Below are positions 55,877 through 64,000 of a DNA stretch of 64,000 bases, one piece after another. The notes beneath the pieces were generated by a model. It did no database searches and was not told the DNA's origin. It saw nothing but the letters and a program-made list of their open reading frames with translations. The number at the start of each line of letters is the position of its first letter. Positions within the stretch are counted from its first letter, which is position 1. The position numbers and the translations under genes were made by a program. The DNA is from Corallochytrium limacisporum Hawaii (Eukaryota; Protista; Pluriformea): positions 250,024 to 314,023 of the forward strand of contig PDIP01000035.1 in NCBI GenBank assembly GCA_002811645.1, in the 5' to 3' direction.

Positions 55877-58800
55877 TCAAGTAAGTGCAGGCGGCAGATC
55901 GGCGCCTTCCTCGACGCTGTCCAGGAGTTGGTCAGCACTCTTGGGGATCTTCTTCAGCATGTTTACCGTGAATTCATACTGAGTGTTGTTCTGGATCATT
56001 TGCATGCGGTGTTGACGCATGTGGCTAACAATCTTGAACGCATTGATGGCATTGTCCTGACCTTTGTTATGCATCATCAGACCGGTATAGAGAGCGCAGA
56101 AGATACCAGTGCGACCGACACCGGCCGAACAGTGCACGGCCAGGGGCGCATCAAGACCACCAGGCTGCAGAGAATGGCACTTGTTAACCTCCGAAATGAT
56201 GCCCCACAGTTCCTCAGGATGCTCCGGAATGGAGTGATCCGGCCACTCGCTGACGTGGAATTGGAAGACAATGCGCTCCTCGATTTGCCCGCTGGGTGGC
56301 TTATAGTGCCGGACCAAGAATTGACGGATGGTGGCCTGTCCGAAGGCATGCTCCGATTGGCGACAGACACCCAAAGGACCATAGCGGACCTCCTCGGGCG
56401 AGTCAGGCCAGTAGTGCGCGCACTTGGGACGGCCCATGTCCACCTCTCTCGTGGCCATAACAATCACACCGCAGCTCTGCTCCCACACTAGCTGCCAAAA
56501 GTCACGCATTGTGTCCATGGTTGGACCCTGAGTCACAACAAAGTCTGCATCACCCATTTCAGCACCCATTGGAATCTTGGAGGCATTGATATAGTCATAG
56601 CCGAAGAGTTCGGGTCCCTGTTGCAAAGGAATTCGACTGTCGTCGTAGGGCAAGATGTTGGTGTACCGATTGAGAAAACCTCCTTCCATGGCCACATTAA
56701 AGCTCTTAGTCATTTGATTCCTGCTATCCTGGTACTGCAGTTCATTGAATTCCTCCACAAGCTTATTCTGCTCCTCCAACGACAGGCTGAGAGAAGGGAC
56801 CGCTCCGGTTGCAGGACTAGAGGGGCTTACAGGAGCGCCGGCGAGAGCAGGTGCACACGCAGGTGCGGATGCATTCGGCGGTACACCAGAAGGAGCGCCC
56901 GGTGGAGGTGGCGCAGTAGCGACCGGCGGCGGCGGTGGCGCGGCACCAGTGGGTACTTGGCCGTACACGGTGGCCTGCGCCAGCAGGTCATTGAGATCCT
57001 CCACACTGTACTGGGATGGCTGGCGCTGGTGGGATTTGGACTGCTTGAGAGCTGCGGGAGGTGGCGAACCTGGGGTGGCATCCAATGCAGATTCGGGTGT
57101 GCCACGAGCCGAACCACTACCGTTGGGCAGCGCATCCCCCGCAGGCGGCAATGGCGGCGGGGCCCGCATCGGTTTTGGTGGCGGAGTTTTCAGGCCATAC
57201 AGTCCCTGCAGCTGCTCGGCATGAGCCTCTAGCTTCTCCACATCAGCATACAACTTATTGTAGTGGTTCCGCCCTCCCGGGGCAAAGCCAAACAGTGCTA
57301 CAAAGGCCTTGGATGCGCGCTCAAGGTCATTGATGGCCCGAGTCTGTGGATCCTTATCCTTCTTGCCATCTCCCGATCCACCACCACGGCGGTCCAGAGT
57401 CTCGATTAGGTCGGCGTTGGCGTTGTTGATCTCGACTCGCAAAGCGGCGAGTTTCTCACAGAAATTATTGATGGAATCACGGTCAGGCACATACTTCTCC
57501 AGTTGCTTGGAAATGGCCTCTTCCTGCTTAGATTCCTGGTTCCCGGCATGCACAAAGGCGTCCGATGGATCATCGTCGATTGCCTTGGTGCGCAGAGCTC
57601 CCCGGATTTGCTCGCTGTCCCGACGCATCTGTTGGAATGAGCCCACCTGTTGTCGGAGCTTGGCACTGGTCGCTCGCAGATCCTCAGTAATTGAGTTGTC
57701 CGATGCAGCGGTCGTCGCACTTGAAGGAGGTAGTCCTTCGATAATTTCTCGAATGGGCTTACTCAACGTGAGCATGGCAGACTCGTGCTTGTGGAACCGC
57801 TTGAGGAAGCTCTTGTCCGACTGATCGAGGCGCTCCAGCTCGGCATCGGCAGTATTCAAACGCTCAAAAAACTTTGCGACGTCCGGCTTACTTTCCAGTT
57901 CTGCGGCCTTCATGCGATCAGCCGCGTTCCGGGGAACTTTGAGCCCATCGACACACTCCTTCCGAATTTCTGCCATTTCGGCCACTTGCTTCTGCAGCGC
58001 CTGTGCGCCCCCCTTGTCCTGCACAGGAGTGGCCAAGCGGACGATCGTGTCCACCAATTTCTTCTGACCGTCCGTAGCACCCGCCACATTCTCAACCGCT
58101 AAATCATCCAGTTTCTGTGGTAGATGCAGGCCGCTCAGGAATTTCTCAAAGTCCTTGATGGCCTGGTCCAACTTGTCGTAAAGTTTGTTGCGCAGGTCAT
58201 CCTTGCGTTTCGTGTACCGAGAAAGGGCTTCCAATGATGCCGGCGGGATCAGCTGCCTGAAAATGTCATCAATGCTCACCTCATCCTTGGTCTTTGTGTA
58301 GTCTGTCACCTGCACAGAATCGAATTCGTCTGGTACATTGAGGTCAGCAATGGAGCTGGGCACCACTTCGTGATAGACTTTGTCATTGTCGTTCCAATAT
58401 TCATGAGCCTGTACCTTGATTGCCTCTTTCATGCTCTCCATCATGGTCTTAAAACTCATATAGTCCTTCTTGAAACCGCCACTGTAGTTGGCCCAGGCCC
58501 GGTCCGCCATGGTCTGCGCCTCTGATGCCCAAGCGACGGCTTCACCATAGGCACACTCTCCCTTGGACGGTTTGTACCGGGTCTGTGCCATGTAGTAGTA
58601 GGTACAGTACTCGTAGTGCGCTTTCTTCGCCCGGATAAGATGTGCCATCTGAGGATCGGGCTTAGCAGGACCATCAGTGACACCGGCGTTCATGCCACTG
58701 AAATTGTTGAACATCGCCATTCCTGTTCCGGCGGTGCCGAACCCACCTGGCAACTTGTTGAGTGCTTCAACCGCATCCCCGTAGTACGCTTCAGTCTTGC

Positions 58801-59416
58801 GGCACAGGCGAACCAAATTCGTCGCTTTCTGGTCTTTGCGGACGGCACCCTCCAGGAAGACTTCCTGGGCTTGGGCGCGCATGAGGGTGGCCATCAACGC
58901 TACCTGGTACCGGTGCATATCCGCGCTCGGCGCGTACATGAAATTCTCATTCAAATAGTCTAGCGCGGCAGCTGCCTTCTGCAAGTGTTGCTTTGCCCGC
59001 TTTGCCGCTTCGTTGTCAAGCCTATCCACTTTGGCCGCAATGCCTGAGTGCACCGCTGCAATGTTGTAGAGCACACTGGCCTTCTCGTAGGCGATGCTGT
59101 TCTGTGGTAGTGTTGCCTTACCGCTAATGGCATCATTCCAGGAGAACTGGAGGGCAACTTTTCCATCCTCAAACTTAAACCGCTTCTCCAACAGCTCCAG
59201 CTGACGGTAGTAGACATACAGCTCCTTCAAACACGATTCCTCTACGACTGGGTCAATACAAGCTGCCTTCAAAGCTGCAATTTCATTATACTCTGCACGC
59301 ATTGAGCGGCCGTCCACTCCGTAGGTTTTGGTGATATACGGTGCCAGCTGGTTTTCCCATTCCACTTGTTGTCCCTGCTTCAGGGGCATTGCGTAGAGCG
59401 GAAGCAGCATAGCCAT
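55877..59416 (-). CDS. PTPN23: HD-PTP / PTPN23 (BRO1 + V domain + Pro-rich + tyrosine phosphatase)
   Basis: BRO1 (FSWNDA, YEKASVLYNIAA, AQAQE, DNDKVYHEVVP, DIFRQLIP), helical V domain, Pro-rich linker, PTP domain (NRYTNILPYDDSR, DYINAS, TQGP, DFWQLVWEQ, KCAHYWP, WPD, HCSAGVGRTG). Confidence 0.93.
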   Translation of the reverse strand: MAMLLPLYAMPLKQGQQVEWENQLAPYITKTYGVDGRSMRAEYNEIAALKAACIDPVVEESCLKELYVYYRQLELLEKRFKFEDGKVALQFSWNDAISGKATLPQNSIAYEKASVLYNIAAVHSGIAAKVDRLDNEAAKRAKQHLQKAAAALDYLNENFMYAPSADMHRYQVALMATLMRAQAQEVFLEGAVRKDQKATNLVRLCRKTEAYYGDAVEALNKLPGGFGTAGTGMAMFNNFSGMNAGVTDGPAKPDPQMAHLIRAKKAHYEYCTYYYMAQTRYKPSKGECAYGEAVAWASEAQTMADRAWANYSGGFKKDYMSFKTMMESMKEAIKVQAHEYWNDNDKVYHEVVPSSIADLNVPDEFDSVQVTDYTKTKDEVSIDDIFRQLIPPASLEALSRYTKRKDDLRNKLYDKLDQAIKDFEKFLSGLHLPQKLDDLAVENVAGATDGQKKLVDTIVRLATPVQDKGGAQALQKQVAEMAEIRKECVDGLKVPRNAADRMKAAELESKPDVAKFFERLNTADAELERLDQSDKSFLKRFHKHESAMLTLSKPIREIIEGLPPSSATTAASDNSITEDLRATSAKLRQQVGSFQQMRRDSEQIRGALRTKAIDDDPSDAFVHAGNQESKQEEAISKQLEKYVPDRDSINNFCEKLAALRVEINNANADLIETLDRRGGGSGDGKKDKDPQTRAINDLERASKAFVALFGFAPGGRNHYNKLYADVEKLEAHAEQLQGLYGLKTPPPKPMRAPPPLPPAGDALPNGSGSARGTPESALDATPGSPPPAALKQSKSHQRQPSQYSVEDLNDLLAQATVYGQVPTGAAPPPPPVATAPPPPGAPSGVPPNASAPACAPALAGAPVSPSSPATGAVPSLSLSLEEQNKLVEEFNELQYQDSRNQMTKSFNVAMEGGFLNRYTNILPYDDSRIPLQQGPELFGYDYINASKIPMGAEMGDADFVVTQGPTMDTMRDFWQLVWEQSCGVIVMATREVDMGRPKCAHYWPDSPEEVRYGPLGVCRQSEHAFGQATIRQFLVRHYKPPSGQIEERIVFQFHVSEWPDHSIPEHPEELWGIISEVNKCHSLQPGGLDAPLAVHCSAGVGRTGIFCALYTGLMMHNKGQDNAINAFKIVSHMRQHRMQMIQNNTQYEFTVNMLKKIPKSADQLLDSVEEGADLPPALT

Positions 59417-60352
59417 CTTGATCTGTTGTTCAAGAAGACGCGTTCTATCACCGGATACTATATAGTGTTCTTTTCGTCCCTTGCAGACACAGTTCCTTGA
59501 TCAAGACGTCCGTGACCCGAGGTCCATATCTGATGTTCGCTACTTTGTATTCCCTGTTCGCTTGTTTTCTATTCTATTTACTGGGGTATCTAGCATTAGT
59601 AAATGGCTGCCCAAGATCCGGTGACGAAGTTTACGCCGTCAAATAGGTCATTCATGGGGACTGGCCTAACCAATAACATCATCAACACGGCCATCACCTT
59701 CTTCGTCGTCGTCGTCTGAACCATAATCTAGGTAAACTCGCTCACCGACGGCCTTCACAGCAGACTCACGGCCGCACAAGCAACAGCTCCTACGACTTTC
59801 TGCCCCTTCATTACATTTGTAAGTCATAATGGTCTACAAACAATCATCATCAATCGATCTCCTCTCCCTTCGTCCCCAAAGGTCCACAGAAGTGAGTGGG
59901 GAGGTCCCTCGACATCGGGCACCATACGAGCTCGAAGAACGCAATACTAACACCACCGGAAGAATCGAGTAGGATACAGACGAGATGAAGACCATTGGGA
60001 AATTAAGAGGACAGGTGCAAAAAGGGGGAGAGACACACACACACAGACTAACCAACAAAATATAATAAGTAAGGTCGACAGAGTGATGAAAGGGGAGAGG
60101 AGGAGTGGGGTACGGTGGGGGGGTGGGGGGACCAGACCTCCCTCTCGCTTCTCTCTCCCTCTCCCGGTGAGTTTCCGCGTAAGAAAGGAACGCGAGAGCT
60201 CTGAAAAGGGGCAGTGTTGTGGAAAATGACACACGGATTTGTTGCACAGAATGTATACGGCAGAAGCGCTGACGAAAAACTTAAACCGACATAGGAATTG
60301 AACACCTCTGCGTCCTACTCCCAACGGCCCCCCCGCCGCGGGGGGAAGGATG

Positions 60353-60489
60353 GTGTGTGTGTGTGTGTGTGTGTGTATGCCGAAGGGATTGTCCGGAGGT
60401 GTGTGCACGTTTGGATTATATCCCCTTTGTGTGAAACTCTGGGCATGGTGAGAGGGATGTGTGTGTGTATGTGTGTGTGTGTGTGTGTG
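60353..60489. repeat. Two (TG)n microsatellites
   Basis: 60353-60376 and 60458-60489. Confidence 0.9.
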
Positions 60490-63400
60490 CTTTGAGACAT
60501 GCCACCATGCGAGGAAGGCATTCATATAGGTGCGGCGATCACTGGAAGAGTATAAAGTTTCTATAGATAGTATCAGGTCAAGAGGGTGTGGATAGTTATG
60601 TTCTCTTGCAACGGCTGTGGTCCCTGGTGGAAGCAGGTCCGCAGAGAGGAACAAGAAATATTTGTACAAATGTAATTCGTGAGATATCCAAGCACGCGTG
60701 TAGCCCTTACTTCTATCCTGCCGCTATAATGAATGAATGGATGGCAGGTGTGTGCGATCGTTGGAAAGTTGGCACCCGCGCTCGACAAAGGCTTCCAGGT
60801 GTCACAACAACTAAGGATGGTACAAAGTAGAACCTACAGACCCAGGATCGAGCTCAGGCGTGGTATGTATAGTTAAGGGAGAAACAAAAAAATGGATGAA
60901 AAGAGAACTTAGATGCAGCGGGAGAAGGAGAAAAATGGGCGAAAGAGGGTAAACAGTTCAATTGGTTTATACATACCTAAATATTTCAAATTAGAGTGAA
61001 GTGCGATCAATACCCTTCTACATTGTGTGTACTTCACATAAATTTGATATGCGGACTGAATTGACTATTCCGGAGCGGCCCCGACTTTTTTACCCCTCCT
61101 CGGTTATTTTTCGTTTCGGGAATGTTACCCAGCCCCTGTGTGTGTCCGGAAGGGGGGTGGGACGGGACACCACACGGTGGTACCCACTTACTCACCGAAA
61201 CGGCTCAGAAAAAGCCACCGGACCATGCACTTCCACGTCAAGATGGGTGGCCCGGAGTTTCCAGAAGACATCATTTCTCATAATGAATATACTCCATTTC
61301 TGCAGCGGGAACGGACTCTATGGGAGAGGGTTCAAAATTTATTTATGTTTCTTGGCGCCTCAGCCTCTCCTGAATAGGCAAGGGCCCAGCTCCATAAGGG
61401 TATCCCCGGTACTCTCGCGTTACGGGTGACGCAGCTACCAGAACCGAGTTCACAGAGGCACTGTCTTGCCACAACGAAGTCAGCAAGCACCAGATGGGTG
61501 ACAACCAATGCTGGATCGATTCGCTGGGTTTTCAAGCATCACAGGGGCCGTATCCTTCAATCGCGCATCCGAGGAGGATCCTCGTTATGATGATCACCAT
61601 CAGGGTGGTATCATGCTTTACACATCACTGGATGGGTCCATTGGGGCTCATTGAACGGACCATGTGGGCCGACAAGATCGCATCGCGGATTTAGCACCTC
61701 ATAGCCGGTTGCACTCCGCAAGGCGATGGATGTCCACAGGGGGGCAGCCCCATTGGCTGGAACATGGGATGTCAAGGTTATGTTGTGGTCCTTGTCCTTT
61801 GGCAGGCATCGCAAGTACTCCAGATGCGTCCCAACGTAAACCAGACCGCATCCGGTGCTATCCTCAATTCACTTCCAAGTGCACCCCAGCAAGGTAATCC
61901 TCTTCGAAGAGTATCCGGTGTCAACCTCACCGGTTAGAATTCCATCTCTAGTAAGCTACATCACTCATTACTACCAAGCAGTAGTCAAGCCGGACCACAA
62001 CAAATTAGCGTCAAGTCTACCTGTCCCGCTTGTGAACAAGCATTGGCTACTAGTCATTTAAGTGGCGATACCAACCAGGTCATCAGCGCATATTCCGTGA
62101 TACACATGTCCTGCCATAATGCCTCCTCCCGTCAATCTCTCAGAACTACTTTGTATGCTAGGTATGTCTTCTGTCGTCCTCCAGTGACAACAATTTGCTA
62201 TCCTAGTAGCCAACGCAGCAGGTTCTCCACCGCTATCCGCAGTTACCCAAGAATTTACTTTGGAACACTGTCACCGTGCATCAAAAAACCCGCAGAAACA
62301 GTAAGAATCCCAGCCGACCATTGCGACATATTCCCGTCAATTCGCAGGCAACAGCAGGGCACATTTTCCATACTGAAAACAGAAGCAGAGTAAACTTGTG
62401 TGTGTCGTGGTTCGGTCCCGTTGCATTCCTTCTGTCTTCTGGTTTTCCACGGTACTTTCAGTACTGTTGGTGAGCCGGTCGGCCAAATTAGGCTCGCATT
62501 CCCCCTTGGCCAGCGGGACAAAGTGTGGCAGAGACTCATGGTCGCACCTGTTCGCGCACAGATGTCTGTGTAACCTTACCGATCCGACCCCATTTTTGCG
62601 GGGGTTATGTGCACTCCCAACTCCACACCGCCGCACCACAACCAATGCAGCGATGGGCAGATGAGGGGGGGGGTTTCCTTTTGGTCTACGGATGTGCGTG
62701 TGCTCTGTGGGGCCTGGTACTTAGCTGGTGTCGGAGGGCGCTATCTCAATTTCCCAACCCCCCCCCCCCCCCGACACTCGAAATACAAAACGGCACGTTG
62801 CGCACAAAAAGTGTATGATGATAGTGGTCGTTATCTTATCCTGTTTCCTTCGGTTCGGACGGAGTACCAGGTATCTTGCACAATGCAGCAGGTCCTCCTT
62901 CTTCCTGGCATAATGCACCACCGCACACGTTTACAATCTGTGCAGACTGCCCACTGTCTACGCATGCACTGACCATGGCCCCGGCAGGTTGAAACGTTGG
63001 TGCGGCATTTCGAGAATGCTGACTACTTTCCTTTTTCTTTTTTGTTTATCGCACGCAGTTTGGGCCTAGTTACATCCCCCGCCACCCTCCCCCGTTTTCT
63101 TCAAACCACTCGCCCCCCCCTCTTCCCCTCCTAACCTTTCCCTTTTCCTTCCCTACCCTCCTCATCGCAGCTGCGTTTACGTCGCCTGTATAAAAAATAC
63201 TGAGCCTCTGTAGCTCCATCTCAACCCGCCCACCCCCAGTTCAAAAGATATGGCAAAGTTGCCAAACGCGCGCGAGATTGGGGAGAAAGAAAATCCTTCA
63301 CTTCCCCTTTGATTTTTTTTTCCTATGTGGTGCGATGTCCGATTGGTTTCTGCACAGTTTCACGCTTGAAACACTGGGCGGTTGGGGATCGCACCGCTGC

Positions 63401-63959
63401 CGAGGGATGACCGACACACGCACACGCACCAAAAGAAACTACGGGAACAGCAGCCGGACCTGGCTGCGGTAATTTGTAATATAAAAAACCATCCCTTTAG
63501 TATGTAGAAAGTGCCGCCGCCCAACCGAGAGGTTCCCCGCCGGGGGGGGGGGGGGGGGCACGGGAGAATGGTACGGAATGTCTTGGTGTCGACATTCTCA
63601 GACCCGCCCTGGCCACTGGCGCGGGCGCTCAGCAGTACACTTTATACTGCCCGGCCAGGTATTGCCCCCGATGCCAAACCCACTCTGATACCTTGAGGAT
63701 TGCGCATCACCCGATCTTGCAACAGCTTCTCCCTTCCTCTGCGGGACCCAGCTTTGTCGAATTTCTATACGAAATGTACTACTTAAGTAAAGGACTGGAT
63801 CTGCAAACGTGATGGTACCATCGGGCTCTAGATCTCGGGCACTCCTTCCCTTTGTTTCCTTTTGGCTGAAGGACCAACCAGCGCCGACCCAAGTCGAGAT
63901 TGGCTGACGATGTAAAAAAAAAAGTCATGGAAAAAGAATGGCTTTTCTAAGGGCCTGTA

Positions 63960-63992
63960 CCCCCCCCCCCGGGGGGGGGGGGGGGGGGGGGT
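63960..63992. repeat. C11-G22 quasi-palindrome
   Basis: Direct reading at the window end; a similar CCCCGCC-G17 lies at 63535-63558. Confidence 0.85.
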
Positions 63993-64000
63993 TTTTTTTT

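Overview
Eukaryotic nuclear DNA carrying 16 apparently single-exon protein genes: ABHD13-like hydrolase, ValRS, TACC, RNASEH2C, CHID1, SCAMP, Hsp104/ClpB, a histidine phosphatase, NoxR/p67phox, GNB1L/Asa1, PSMD12, a coiled-coil orphan, CNOT9, a divergent cyclin, a MOV10-like helicase and NF-YA, plus a 17th, HD-PTP/PTPN23 (17 CDSs in total). It also has three assembly gaps and many microsatellites. Intronless CDSs, animal-like genes (BRO1-PTP fusion, TACC) and a cytosolic Hsp104 together suggest an intron-poor unicellular holozoan such as Corallochytrium; this is an inference. No rRNA, tRNA, CRISPR or transposase was recognised. Main leads: (1) a recurrent C-run-then-G-run quasi-palindrome confined to upstream intergenic DNA; (2) an HD-PTP with intact catalytic motifs, whereas the human protein is a pseudophosphatase; (3) a PAM2 motif in the MOV10-like helicase; (4) a PIP-box-like motif and NLS on the histidine phosphatase; (5) a candidate ~650-nt structured RNA at 46.7-47.4 kb; (6) readable cis-elements: a 7-unit HSE before Hsp104, E2F/CHR/Myb motifs before TACC and CCAAT boxes before NF-YA. 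All calls come from motif recognition by eye, with no database searches.
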